Notes: generated by a model not told the origin, from the letters alone. A DNA stretch of 64,000 bases from Octopus sinensis (GCF_006345805.1 NC_043002.1:99882001-99946000); one strand, 5' to 3'. Shown: positions 26,395 through 41,200, counted from the stretch's first letter. Numbers and translations: made by a program.

Positions 26395-27450
26395 GAAGGC
26401 AGGAAGGCTAATATATTGGATATAGTTGTCAGAGATCAACAAGAAGAATGTGCATTCCAATCGATATATCAACACCAAGAGATGACAACATATTCCTAAA
26501 AGAAACAGAGAAACTACTCTGAAAATACAAAGATCTGAAAATAGAGGCAACTCGAATGTGAAGCTTAAAAACAGAAACAATCCCTATAACAATAGGTGCA
26601 TCAGGTACGATTAAAAACAAACAGGCAAATACATAACCAAAATGCCAGGACTTATGAATGTATATAACATAAAGAAAATAGCACAACAAGGTACCGCACA
26701 CATTCCAGGTAAAGCACTTTCAATACTGTGAAAATAAGAAGACCACAACAAATTACAGAAGTTGGGCCCTATATACATTGCAAGCTATGCCAACACTATG
26801 AAATAAAACTGAAAAAGGATGGTGTAGGTACACCCCAGAAAGGGTCACATAAAATGAGAAATCAAACATACACTGGGATGTAACAATACACAGAGAGAAA
26901 TCAAGGTTAATAAGCCGGATATAGTTGTCAGATATCACCATGAAAAAATATTTTCTAATCGATCTATTATTACTAACAGATGGCAATGTTTCTCTGAAAG
27001 AAACGGGGAAACTTTCAAACCACAAAGATCTGGAAATAGAGATAATTTGAATGTGGGGCCTAAGAAACACGAATAATTCCTATTATAGTGGGGATATTGG
27101 GTATGATTAAAAACATTGAGACAGATACACAACAAAAACACCAGAGCTTACAAGTATGTATAACATACAGATAATAGCACTGTTAGGCACCGCACACATC
27201 CTACGTAAAACACTTTTAATACATTGGAACTAAGAGCACCAAAACTAACCACATTACATAACCAAGCCACACGGAGCTGCGCTCGGTAGTACAATGAAAG
27301 CATGACCTGAAGATAAGAGACAGAAACACTCATATGCGCAGCTCAGGAACAAGCGTTAAGGACCAACTATATGAAGTGCATAATAGACAACACTACCGAT
27401 AGAGACAAATGCAGAATTTATGGTGAAAGTGGTGAAACGATATGGCAATC
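26395..27450 (+). mobile_element. Three adjacent degraded R4/Dong-like RLE LINE fragments
   Basis: NKPDIVVR...LID...DGNVSLKE..KLS.HKDLEIEI..MWG...IPIIVG.LGMIK at ~26910-27115. A second decayed endonuclease copy at ~26405-26720. ICAAQEQALRTNY...DKCRI..E..ETIW (zinc-knuckle region) at 27332-27448. Confidence 0.85.
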
Positions 27451-30400
27451 CGTTTTAAACGTGACCTCAACTAATCTCCGTAATTTAACAATTCTCAAAC
27501 ACTGGAGAAGTGCATGCGGAATGGCCTCGTCACCTTGCCGATTCGAGATGAATATCTTCCAAAATACACACTTCTGTTTGTGTATATGTGCGCATGCGTG
27601 TGTCCACATACGCGTGTGCGCTCGCGAGCGTGCAAATTAATTCATTCTTTTGTTTATCCATCTGGTATTATGTCATCTAATTGTTTCTTAGGTTGACATT
27701 TAATGTAATGCAAAAATGCATTGTTTTCAATAACACAGAACATAATGCGTTCTATCAAACTATTCTGGAGCTTTTCTTAATCCAGTGTCTTATTTGGTTT
27801 ATCTCTTCTGTATACTGAACTAAATCTATTTTTGCAGAAGCTGCTTAACAACACATTCATTTAAACAAATTAAGATCTAATTGCAAGATTTATCCGGCAG
27901 TCTTGAAAACAAAGTTAGGAAATTTAACAAAACGTCTATCATTGTTGGAGAAAGTTTAATTCTTTTATTGTAGAAAATTATTATAAAATTAGGATTTCCG
28001 TTTTTACGAGAAATACATAAAAGGAAGTCATGTCAATAAAAATAATCGTTTTCGAAATTATACTGAATGTTATTCGGCCAGTTTTCACACATAGTCAGAA
28101 TAACGCATTTATGAATTCCTTCTTTCTATTGTGTTTATTTCTTGTCATACACTGTTGTAGCACCATTGTTTGTTAGTTCCCAGTTATCTGTTGATTTTAC
28201 ACTTTTATTTTGTTTGTTTATTTTATTATATTATTATCAAAACAATCGTGAATTGTTCGAAATAAACACGGTAAGTTGCTGCATACCATTAGCACTGTGT
28301 AACCGATAAGGTGCATGAGAAAAATATTGTAAACGCAGTCGGAGATTGACACGTTTGTTTTCATCTCTTTTAAATCTATTTATTAATATGTGCATGAATT
28401 TACTTCCTAGAATATTCACACTAGGCTATTGAAATTTTTTGTTACATATATATAATGTGCACGATTTTCTGAATACATGCGTCACCATCCTAGTGAAGTG
28501 TATTTGTCTCGGTGTTCATTATAATTGTAATGTTTGTTTTGTTTGTTTTGAAAGTAAACGTATTACAATACTTTAACTTGACACTCGTCAGGATTAAAGT
28601 AGCATTATAATAATGGACAATTGTCAAATGTATCAAAACAATGGCTACATAAATTTATTCAATTGCAAAGAATTTCTTTTATTACTTTTGTAAAATAAGA
28701 GAATTGACATTGCCACTGATATTTCAATTCGCTTTATTTAAAAAAATGAATGATTGTTAGTGAATCCCAATAAAAATAAGATAACATTTTTTGTTTCTTT
28801 TTGTATGGTTATTACAAACTACAAACTTAGTTTGTATAGCTAATGAGTATGTTCTAAAATTCTTAAAGAAATTGAAGCGTAAACTTTCAAACAATTTCTC
28901 TTTGGTATGAGAAAAAGGTATTGTTCTGCCACCAGAACATATCGATAAAAGTAATTTTTATAGAATTTACTAGCAAACAATAGATTGTACGTATCTTTAA
29001 ATATGATCAAAACGAAATTGAGTGTCCTATTGAATAACATACACAAAATATGATGTACAATTTATCGGGTCCTTTTTTTAAATAGTATTATTACATTTGC
29101 AACCCCGATTAAAACGTTGTTTTGTAATAGTAATTAATCTATTTAAAAGTGAACACTTATCCAAACAATATGACGCGAGGAAAATATATTGAACTAATTG
29201 TACTACGTAAAGCACACTTAACTTATTAAATTCAAATCTGTAAGTAATTATGCAGAAAAACCTTTATTGCAACTCATATGGGGACATAATTAACAAAGAG
29301 TGAAAGAAGAAACTTTAATATACGCCGTTGATCAATTGTGCATCAATTTCATTGTAAAACTTTAACTTATACAGTAAAGCAGTCATATATACATGACGCA
29401 GATATTTTACCGAGTAATGCACATTGGTTTTCTTAAGATCAAGTAGTAAGGTGCAGTTTATGACCTTTTACAGAATAATAGAGGATGATGGGAAAAACGG
29501 TGGATGCTATCTAAAACCAGAGCACCGTTTTCTATGCAGGCATCAGGATGGACTCCAATAAAATCGCTCAATATGCTGGATGGTGAAGCAAAACTAGATA
29601 ACAGATTAAGTCTACTAATGAAGTTCAGCGAGAGAAGGATTTCGACTCAGAACATAAATTCGAAATATAATCAGCGAAACGTTCTATCCAGCGTTTGAAC
29701 TAGACTACTAATTCGCTGCTTATAACAACTTAATCATAAAATATAAGAGAATATGTCTGGATGTGTTTAACATCAATGTCACAAAGAGAATTACTTTTAT
29801 TTGAAGCCCAACAATTTATCAGATGCAATCATTCACCGAACGAGTAGAATCCAAGAATACTTAAAATTGCAGAACATAAACACACATAATTTAGTTTCTT
29901 CTGTAACACTGCTCGAGTATTTTCCATTTATATTTTGTTTCGTAGCATTGTTTCAATTCAAATTATTTGAATATGTATTTAATAACTTTTCATCTAAAGA
30001 TTTCTTCGTTTCGCACTTGTAATGATGCATATCTGATAAAGATGTATAAGGTAATTAATTGAAACGTAAACATAACCGTCTATTCAAGAAAACCATACCC
30101 ATAGATAATAATTCAGTTCTAGATTAAATATTCTTTTAACGACCATTTCACTATAAAAGTCAATTTTATGATCATTCCAGTAACGATGATAGCTATCAAC
30201 CAAAAGTGAATTTGCTATTTTCTGCAAGTTTCTCTCTGAATAAACATGTTACATTTTAACCAAATACATATTTCAAACGTGATATTCCCAAACAACATTT
30301 AGAGTGATAGATAAAACTGATTTCTAAGGGTAATGAAATTTTGAGTGGATAAACCTGCTTTACACCGAGGAAGTGTTAAGCTTTATAAATATTTACAACT

Positions 30401-31304
30401 TTAATAATTATAAAATGAATTTCAATCAAAATTTTTTAAATACTTTTTTTTTTACACGGGTTGTGTAATTTTGGAAGTTATAGTTAACTTTTCTGAATAG
30501 AAAATATTCACTTTTGCAATTCAAACTATAAAATGTTTCCTCAATTCCACTTTATACAATTGTGTATTAGCTTCTTCTTTGATTGTTATAGTATTATTGG
30601 TTTAAAATGTTTTGTTTCTAACATAATTAACCGGCTCACATACATTTCATTATTACGTTGTGTATTTGAAACAATAATGATGAATTCATATCTACTTCCC
30701 TTTCATTATGTGTACCCCAAATGATTGTTTCCTTTTAAATGCAACTACATGTTTATTTTTTATTTTTTCTCTTCTCACTCTATCTCCTTCTCTCTTTTCA
30801 TACGTATATATGTATACGCAGAGAAACACATATATCTCTCTTCCCTCGCGCGCGCGCTCTCTCTCTAAACACACTTTCTCTCTTTACTCTCTCTCTCTCT
30901 CAATCTATCTATGTCTATTTTCCATTGTTCTTCTAAATCACACATTCGATCAAGTCAAGTCAGAACATATGATTTAAATGAATATGTATTAGCAACCTAA
31001 TTGCTAAGTGGATGCTTATTGTTTAAAGCCGGTCATGGGATCAAAATGTGTCGTGTTAACAGGCTATTGACCCAAACACATTACCATCGAGTGGTTTCAG
31101 ATAGGAACAGCAATAATCAGCCATATATTCTACCACATTAACCACCTTCAGAAATGACAATTGTGGTTTCTTACGATACAGGACAGTTTCATAGAATACA
31201 CATCAGTTATGATTGATTTAAGAAGTTATTCAAATAAATATGATACTAACAGAATTTTTCAAAGAATGCTATACTGAGTACACAAGCATACTGTGTTTAT
31301 AAGT

Positions 31305-31600
31305 TCTGTTCTGCTGTAAGCTCTTGGCACCCATCTTGCACAGGCTTTATGGAAGCCGACCTCATCATTCATGTTGAGAAACATCTGACACACCTTCCTA
31401 CCACAAAAATCGGATCACTGCCCTCTGTTCTTCTTTGGTGCACATTGCTTACACTGTAAAGCCAGAAAGAGAAATTGCTCAAACGTCGACCACGTGACCA
31501 CAATAGTACCGACTATAAGAACGCATGCGCAGAAGGCAGTATGGCAACGATAAAGACGTTATGGGTGAGTGAAAGTACGGATAATTTTTTAATCCTCCTC

Positions 31601-31601
<1 letters not shown>
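31305..31601 (-). mobile_element. Mariner transposon 5' relic
   Basis: Minus strand: TA|CGAGGAGGATTAAAAAATTATCCG TIR-like end, MCTKEEQRAVIRFL N-terminus and the KACARWVPR (WVP) motif. Confidence 0.8.
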
Positions 31602-31641
<40 letters not shown>

Positions 31642-31646
31642 ATATC

Positions 31647-32719
31647 TGCTCGAGACATACGGTGAAAAGTTTTGGAGAGATCGCATCACCTTGATTCACT
31701 CCCTTCTCGACCGGCAGTCGTATGGGTGATGACAGCAGAGCTCTGTCGGTGGTGCATCCGGAATTTGCCTCCCTGAGCAGTTGCACATATTACGCCTCGA
31801 CTCCTTGCCTCTGCAGCGAGTTCAGCACTGCGTTGGTTTCGCCGCTGTCGACGGCCTTCTCATAATCTACAAACGCAACGCAAAGACTGGCAAGGCGGTG
31901 TCAACATCAATGGTGAGCTCCTCACCCACCTCCGTTTCACTGACGACATCGTAATCATCGCTGAAACCATGGATCAGCTTCAGACCATGCTGACGGAGCT
32001 CGACATCAAAAGCTCTGCAGTAGGTCTTAAGATGAACCACATGAAAACATTGTTCATGCGGTCAGACAACGTACGAATAGGTCGAATGGTGATCGGCAGT
32101 GATAAAATAGAGGAGGTAAAGAATATGTCTTCCTGGGACAGGAAGTGAATATGTGCCGAGATATCGAAAAGGAGATCTCACGGAGAATAAGGGCCGGATG
32201 GAAGGCGTTCAATGGCATAAGGGATGTGCTCAAGGGAAGGTTGGACCGGACCACCTGCGCCAACCTCATCAACAGCACAGTTCTACCTGCAATGTTATAT
32301 GTTAGTGAATCGTGGGCTACAACAAAGAGAGAAGAGCAGAGACTGGTAAAGGCTCAAAGAGCCATTGAAAGATCAGTGCTTGGAATCCCGTTCAGAGAGC
32401 ACATCAGTAGCGAGGTCATCAGAGAGATGTCCGGCGTGAGGGATATCATCGCAGAATATACACGCAGCAAGTTTAGATGGGCTGGACACGTCGCCCGGCT
32501 CACCGATAATCGGTGGATCTGCGCAGTTGTCGAGTGGTATCCGCGTGAGCGGAAACGACCACTCAGAACACCTCCACGACGGTGGGGTTACGATTTCATG
32601 AGGACGATTGGGACCACGTAGATGAGTAAGGCGCGATCCAGAGAGGGGTGGACAGAGTCTATGACCAGCGGTGTCAAATAGACGCCCGACGGACTGGTCG
32701 GTCAAGGTGATCAAGGTAA
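31647..32719 (+). mobile_element. 5'-truncated RTE-clade LINE with an inverted 5' segment, inserted in (TA)n
   Basis: Minus strand 31647-31887 encodes FVDYEKAVDS...KGVNQGDAISPKLFTVCLE. Plus strand from ~31886 encodes WQGGVNINGELLTHLRFTDDIV..., then EISRRIRAGWKAF...VLPAMLY.SE.W...KFRWAGHVAR..DNRW. The 3' tail is (TCAAGGTGA)x2. Confidence 0.93.
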
Positions 32720-33859
32720 TATATATATATATATGTGTGTGTGTGTTTGTGTGTGTTTGTATTTGTGTGCCTGTGGTTATAATATCATGGAGGCTATACC
32801 TTATGTTATATGTTACTCTTTTTATTGCAAAATTATTTCTTAATTTTGTCGTTGAATTAAGTAGCATCACAATAAGACCTGATGAATCCACACGATGAAC
32901 CAAAAATCAAACAGTCAAATGCATTTGAAAAAAATGTATGAACTGAATAGGAAAACAGGACGCCTCCTAATATCGAAGCCTGCAAAATATTTCTACACTC
33001 TGGCATGTATCTAGTTTGCTTTGCATGAAGACAACTAATGCTCACAAAGAAGGGCTTGAAGTGACCAAATTCAATTGCAAAACGTTTGATTCCAAATTTA
33101 TGGGTCAAGTTTACGTCGTGACCATTATTTCATAATTCCTTGAGACCAATTGTTATTAATACGTTGTGAGATTAATGTTCTCGTGTAATAAATCTATAAA
33201 ATTCAGCAATATTATCTGGAGATGTATTAAAGTTATGCTTCGTTGTCGTACAGTTTATAAGGAAATGTATTGAAAAAAATGATATTAAGATGTTGAATGA
33301 ACGACGTCATGTTTTCGAACGACGTCATGAAGAAATGTGTATGAACAAAAGATCTGTGGAGGTTGAATTAAATTTCAACCATAGCTTTTTATACTAACAT
33401 GCACAAGTAATTTGCCTGCAGCATGAAGTAGATATATTCATGATGTAAAGAGATTTTTCCACATTTCTATAAATTGTTTTTACATCAGCAATTTTTTAGA
33501 AAAAAATTAATGCTTTTGTTTACGGGAAATGATTAAGCTTTGTCAAAATATTTTCTTCGTGTAGTGGATACATGAAACGAAATAGTTCAGAAATATTATA
33601 TAAAAAGTATATGAATTGCTTACGTAAATTATAAATTTCAAATTTTATTTATTCATTACTTTTTTGTGCATTTATTTCTGTACATACTTTCAGCAAATAT
33701 AAGCACGCAAATAGGTTTATTTATATTCATTACAGATAAATTCGTGAGTATTTGATTTTCGAAGTGAAACATTATATATATATATATATATATACACGCG
33801 CACACATATATGTATAATATCATAATAATGCGTTTTGCTCTGTCTATTTTAAACGTAAT

Positions 33860-33898
<39 letters not shown>

Positions 33899-36800
33899 CG
33901 CAAACTGTAAAATACGAATAACGACCTGTATAGATGTGTGCCTGCATGTATATTACCATAATTGAAAAGCTAGTATGCGCTTGCGCTCAATGCACATAGC
34001 CGATGATGAAATCCATATAATCCATATTATATACTGATTCGGTTGATAGATAATTCAAATATTTATTATTATCCTGGATAATGTATTTTATATTCTACTT
34101 ATTGAATGAACATATTGCCTACGAATGAAAATAGGCGCACGAAAGCATACAGTTTAATGTTTTTGTGTTTCTACAATTGACATAAGAAAAATAAACATAA
34201 ATTTTGAAAGATGTAATAGTGATACATATAGACTATGGCTGTTTACTTCTTTGTAATAATATTTACATATGGTAACATATTTAGCTTCCATTAGTAAGGC
34301 AATAAAAGTCCTGACTTGGTGAAGCAGGAGAGAATTTCCTTAGATCAAACACTTTAGAAATCCTTATGAAACGTCCACCTAAAATGCATTAGAATTATCA
34401 TTATCCCAAATCATTTTATTATTATTGAATTATAGGTGTACTGTTGAGAGAGCTATGAGTTGGAAAAGAGACATTCAATCATGGCCTCCAGCAGATAAAC
34501 AATAGTAATTTCTTAAAGAATATTGTCTGTACTATGTCTTATAACAAAATGAATATCAGGCTACGACATAAGGATTATTTAAGGAACAATATTAGACAAT
34601 TTAATTAAGAGAATTTCTTCCCGAGTGATTGTTGATGAAACAATTTGTTAGGCTATTACGTACTCGTGGTTAAATTTATCAGCAAGAAACCAGGCTATTG
34701 GAAAATTTGGTTGATCATTGTCAGATATGTACCATGTACAGATATGGCATTCTCCAGCTTCCACTTATTCGGCCGAATGAAATACACGCTTCAGTACAAC
34801 GATTTAATGACTCGGTCAAGTTGAAGGTTGTGTTTTGCTTTTAATATTTTCTGTAATTCTTTCCCAGTCTGTCCATGATTTCTGATAATCTTCTGTTGGT
34901 CTTTATTATCCGTATATAAAGCATTGACTCATACACACGCACGTGTGTGTATAAATGGGAAACAGGGAAAGAGAAAGAGGGAGAGAGAGAGAGAGATTGT
35001 AGATATTCTCATTAGAGCATTTAAATATGATTGCCCTTGGGCTTATGCCTTTGTGTATATGAATCTATATATTATTGTTTGTATGTAATGCGATGTTTAA
35101 ATTGTCCTGAAAGCATAACGGAATATATATCGTTTTATTCACCTAGAGCGCCTATTGTGTATGTACTATATATATATATATACAGTATTATACTATCACC
35201 CTATGACATTTCATGTACTTTACATGTGTGTCTATTTGATAGAGAAGCAAACAACCGCTTTTTAAACGTAGGAACTTATATCATATGACCTGAGATGTGT
35301 TCTTTTATAAAAATAAATATTTTAAACCGCATGCACATAAATTACTTTTCTAATTTTGAAGATATTTATTCGTATATGTATATGATGCGGCTATAACATG
35401 CATTTGATTTTGCATTTAGAGAGAATTAGGGAAAGAGAAAATAAGATCACGATCGTGAAATAGAGAGAGAAGGAGAAAGAGAGAGGTAGCATAACTAGGA
35501 TGAGGGGGAGAGGTTGTCATTGTGAATAGTTTCAATCACATCTGCCAGAGGAGAATTGGAAGGAGATAGTATTTACTCACAGACAAAGAAAGGAAGAATG
35601 TACAAACTGCCGGAAATAGAGAATGATTGAAGAAATATAGTGAATGAAGATAGGCAGAAATAGGCCGGAAAGAAATAAAAACAATTTGGCAGTGATATTT
35701 TATACATAGATATACTGACAACATATAACGGAAGTCATCTAAACACAAAAACAAACACTTTGCATATCATACGGAGAAGGGTTATATATATAATGAAGTG
35801 AGAAGAGAAAGAAGAAATGAAGATATATGATTTGGATGTTAATAATGATAAAGTAAGACAGCTTCTCTTCAGTTGCTAAGATAACTGCCAAGCTTGTCAA
35901 CAAAATTGTCTTTTGGGATGTATGAAAACTGTGAGTGCTGACATGTTCAATAACAAAACGTAAAATGGCTGACACTGTTTCCACGGAAACAGTTTTTCAG
36001 CTCGGCGATGTTTCACATTTGGAATTGAATAATATGGCGCGAAAAAGATATTCTATCATTAACTGGTATTAAAAAGGATTTATCTTCATAAACAAAAGTG
36101 GTAAAATTGAGTATTGGACAACTCATTTCTGTATTTGTATCTTTTGCATATTATTATAATTCTTTGTATTCACAAGCAAATTTTTTTTCATTCTGTTACT
36201 TTTGTTACTTGGTTTCGATGTTTTCTCATTCGCCTTCCACTCCTCTCTTCTCATTTTGCTCACTCACTGTGCCTCTCTCTTTCATTCTTTCTCTCTCTCT
36301 CTCGCTCTCTCTCTCTCTCCCTATCTCCCTCTCTCTCTCTCTCTATTTATTTTATCTCACTTTTGAAGATTTGCTTGTATTATATTCCAAGGAAAATTTT
36401 GTAATTCTAACATTTCTCTTGGAGAGATTTAATTTGTTTTGGATTTGTTGCGTGCGACTGATGTGTCATTTTAAATGTTAGATTCCTTAAATGTGCCATT
36501 TTATTGCATTTCCCTTTTTGTATTTGATCATAAATATCATTTTATTTTACATCTATTAAAGCCTATTTCGTAGTACGTTGTAGCATCATAATTTCTGAGG
36601 AAAGGGCGAAATTTTGAGAGTAGGTATGGAGAAAGTTATCCCCTTTCCAAGCGGTATGCAAGGAATATGTGAAATACTCTTCAATCATAAACCTCGTCAG
36701 CTATCCGCACAAAAAAAAACAGGTGAGCCGTGTCTAACATAAGAATCTGCTACCAGTGTACTCCCAGTTGTGTATAAAGTTCATTACATGACATTGTTCT

Positions 36801-37583
36801 TGGAATGAGAGCAGGACACTTTCAGGTATAATGTGAGAAGTGTGAATCGTTGTCGTGATAAAACTATATTTTATCTACTGGACATGGTGACTATTAGTTT
36901 CGGATGGGTTTTAGTTTAAGAGGGTTTATCCGCGTTATGTGAGTTGAGCACTGACCTGCTTTATATTAACATGCCTTTTGAAACTCTTGCAACTTACGAC
37001 TTGTTCCATATTGATATTCTCCTTTATCATTATCCATCTATTAATGTCATTGTTAATTTCACATTTGTTTTCAACATTGTGACTTTATTTTCTGCTTGCC
37101 CCATTATTCCTTTTATGACTTCTATAACTTGTTGTTTCAGGTTATGAAATCTTAACCATGCCGTGCTCAAAAATATCTTTTACTTCTCTTCATTGTTCAG
37201 AGAGATGACACTTATTTACTCTTTCAATAGCGTAAAATAATTGATCCATATTTCATGTAGATAGTATATCAAGCTAGATCAGGTAAGTTTACTAAGGAAA
37301 TTTTGAGCTCAATAGTGAGAGACAATAACATGTTTCGTAGTGTTAGTGTGTTACTGCTGTCGAAAATACTGAAATACATCAATCGACGGCACTATAATAC
37401 GGCAAGATGGACGACGTAGCAGTGATATAACTCTATTATCAACTACTCGTTTAATATAAACGCCATCGATACTGAATTTTTTGTTGAATCATTTATTGAA
37501 TAGTCTCTATTCACATGATGATTCCCCGTCTCCTATCTTTGTGTTATCAATGGAGAGCAATATTCAATATAACATCCAAATTT

Positions 37584-38241
37584 AAGGCGGCGAGCTTGCA
37601 GAAACGTTAGCACGCCGGGCGAAATGCGTAGCCGTATTTCGTCTGTTGTTACGTTGTGAGTTCAAATTCCGCCGAGGTCGACTTTGCCATTCATCATTTC
37701 GGGATCGATAAATTAAGTACCAGTTACGTACTGGAGTCGATGTAATCGACTTAATACCTATGTCTGTCCTTGTTTGTCCCCTTTGTGTTTGGCCCCTTGT
37801 GGGTAATAAAGAAATAGGTATTTCGTCTGCCGCTACGTTCTGAGTTCAAATTCCGCCGAGGTCGACTTTGCCTTTCATCCTTTCGGGGTCGATTAAATAA
37901 CTGCCAGTTACGCTCTGGGGTCGATGTAATCGTCTTAATCCGTTTGTCTGTCCTTGTTTGTCCCCTCTATGTTCAAATTCTTGCCGAGGTCGACATTGCT
38001 TTCATCCTTTCGGGGTCGGTTTGTCTGTCCTTGTTTGTCCTCTCTGTGTTTAGCCCTTTGTGGGCAGTAAAGAAATAGATATTTCAACTGCTGCTACGTT
38101 CTGAGTTCAAATTCCGCCGACGTCGACTTTGCATTTCATCCTTTCGATGTCGATAAATTAAGTACCAGTTCCGTACTGGGGTCGATCTAATCGAATGGTC
38201 CCTCCCCCAAAATTTCGGGCCTTGCGCTTAGAGTATAAAAG
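37584..38241 (+). mobile_element. Multimeric family-B SINE (one head plus about four tandem body units)
   Basis: Repeated GTTCAAATTC..CCGA.GTCGAC units. A single 17-bp TSD AATATAACATCCAAATT at 37566-37582 and 38242-38258. Confidence 0.92.
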
Positions 38242-41200
38242 AATATAACATCCAAATTCAGAGTGACACAAATTTTGATTATGCTTCAAAGGATCAAAAA
38301 CTACTAAAAGAAATTTAATACTTAGACACATTTTGCATTAGCGCTTAATTGCTTAAAGGTATAAAGAAGAGATTATGGTATTACTGTGATAATTTTTCAT
38401 AAGTTTGAACGAAATCGAGAAAGGGAAATGTTCGGAGGACGGGTTCGATTCTCAACTAGGTCACTTAAAGTGCAAGAACCAGAAATTTTCGATACTTTAT
38501 TCTTCACTGCAATTGAAGCCTTCAAATTCTCTTATTGACTTTCTCGTGGTATAACTACTACAACATTTTTTTTAATATTTCAGACACCATATTTTGTTCT
38601 TTATTTTATAACGCTCGAAACAATCCAAAGTGACACAGTTACATTCTTCGGACTCAATCGCAGAACGAAAAGGCAGAAAATACTACTCTTTCTGAAAAGT
38701 TGAAATTCTCTACTCCTGATAAACAGAAAAAAATCGATAATGCTAAGAGAATTTGCATGTTGATACGGATAGTTTGCAACAGAAAATTGAAGTTGTTGTT
38801 GGCTTAGTTTGACAGTAGTAAACATGAAATGAAATGTACTTTTTCGGTTAAAATTTTAAATTCGAAGAAATATATTTTGTGTTTAATAATTGCAACTTCT
38901 GTAAAACACAATGATTGAAAATGCAATATAACAGATACAAAGAGTATCAGGCGTTTAATGTATGAAAATATTGTTGAATCATATTATTCCAACATGAATC
39001 ACTTCATGTCACACACTTTCATAGGGTATTCCAACAATATCTACATCAGTTTTTCTTTCTTTATCCTCTGACATATTTTTGACACATACCCCTCACTTTA
39101 TGCCTACAGTAACGTTTGCTTACAGGTATCTCCCGCCTCCTGTATTTGCCTTCAATGCATTTAATATATTTCAATCTATACTTACTCCGTACATTATTAT
39201 CCTTCTCCTTCCCATTTCTGTTTCTGTGTTTATTGAACAACATCTTCCCAGATAGAATCGCTTAGTTTTTGGGTTTTTTTTTTACACGGATTTTCCATAA
39301 TAAAAACCAAATGGAATTGAAGAAGGTAATTTCGGATTTAGCAGAACTTTGGAAAGCACAATTAGAATATGGTAGTACGAAATACAAAAGCTAACTGGAT
39401 AAACGTTTTGGTCTAGTTAACTCGAAGCTTTACATAAGATATTGTGGTGCTCTATGGCCATTCCCAAAGCATTACGTGTTGCTATAGTGACCATCAAGCG
39501 TTAAAAGGATACTTACCATCTTGTTTTATTTGTTTCCTTCTTTGCATGGAAATACCTTTTTTACAGTTGACAAAGCACCTATTGATAAATTTAGCAAAAG
39601 TACTTTAAATAGATGAAATATCAAAAAAGTATAACATTTTGTCCTCCGAGAAATATGAGAAATGAGTCGAAAGAATTTTGGCTCGATTATCTCAAACATT
39701 TACAAATATATATTAAATGTGGGCATCATGAGCATTTACTTTTAAAATGTGTACTCTTACATAACTTCATTGTTGAACTTAAACATAAATATCTTGTAAC
39801 CACGTAACATATAATGCAATATCATTTCGATGTTGAGCATAGATTCATATTTATTGGCATTTGTTCATGTTTCGAGATGGGTATTCGATCACCATATCCA
39901 AATAGTTCTAGTCCGCTTGAAAACCCATAGGGTTATTTTACAGAGAACGTTATAGCCTTATGTCTCTTACGCTCTCCGCACTTCCCTTATATAATTGCCA
40001 TATTTTAAAATTATCACTTGTTGAAGTTTCTCTTGTTTTTGACTAGAAATTAATGTCACTCTAATATAATTTTAGTAAACGTAACAGCACAAAATCATTA
40101 GTTATCTTAAAAGATTTATAATAAAACTCTGGTTGGGTTTATATCATTCGGTACTCTCCATTGTTTTTTTACACCATCATTGTGTGGAGTTTGATGATAA
40201 GTGATGTTTCCAACTCATTGATGTAACAGCGGTTAGCTATATTAATTCAGTCTTTTCTTATGATAGCAGTAGCCACGAATTTTGTAGTTATCCTTCAGAA
40301 AAGGTCTTTAATTGCAGAAAGCAAGGATTCAAAGTTTTATTCAATAGGCGGAATACTTCAGTAAACACAGCACATCATCATCCGATTCATATTGATGCAG
40401 TTATATTTATTACAGAAAATAGCTCAAATTAATTAAGATTTGTGTATGCATGTTATATATCTATGTCACTTGTATTTTTCATTTTTAATCACTCCAAAGT
40501 TTTTGCAAGCTGTGCTTTTTAATATGTTTGCACAATGCGATTAAACATAGCATGGCAACGTCGTACTTTACTAGCAGCGAGATTGCACATGAATTTCACA
40601 ATATAATTAATTGTTTCGTATGCAACCGCTTTCTCTTTTCAAACCACGTTGAATGCATTTAATGATTTTCTTTCATAATTTATACTTTTGGTTTTGTTTA
40701 CAAATATAAAAAGCAATTTTCTAAACAATATCACTAGGAAGGAAACATAATATTGAAATAATCTCTGCCCTATTTATACGGGAAATCAACAATAAAATAA
40801 TTGATTAGCAACTGAAAAATCAATATCGTAATCAAAGAAAATCTAATGACAGACAGATATTGAGTAACAAGGTGTTAGTTAATGTCTACTGTAAATTGAA
40901 AATAACGGTATGTCACTTATTTGTCCAACAAGCCATTAAGACCGACAAACATAGAATTATAGCTTTTTATACTTTGCTTTCGAATTAGGAATTGTTTATA
41001 ACCTGAAGTAGTCAAATTATCATAGCTCTTAAAATATTTAATATTTTGGCATCTTTGTATATACAATGCGAAAATAGATAATTTTTATATTAAATATACA
41101 CACTAATGGAAATTTGATGTAAAGGACAGCTAGATAATCTAGAGGTATTATAATACAAATAACCATATTTCTGAGTTCACATTGAACTGGGAACGATTTT

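Noticed and set aside
35940-36110. AAAATGGC / AATATGGCG YY1-like motifs suggesting a promoter
   Set aside because: Short motifs of this kind are expected by chance, and there is no associated gene evidence.
37584-37680. tRNA-like A/B boxes here and in other SINE heads
   Set aside because: No complete cloverleaf, and each continues into a repeated SINE body, so they are not tRNA genes.
37640-38180. Regularly recurring GTTCAAATTCCGCCGAGGTCGAC as a CRISPR-like array
   Set aside because: The intervening sequences are homologous SINE bodies rather than unique spacers. The context is eukaryotic and there are no cas genes.
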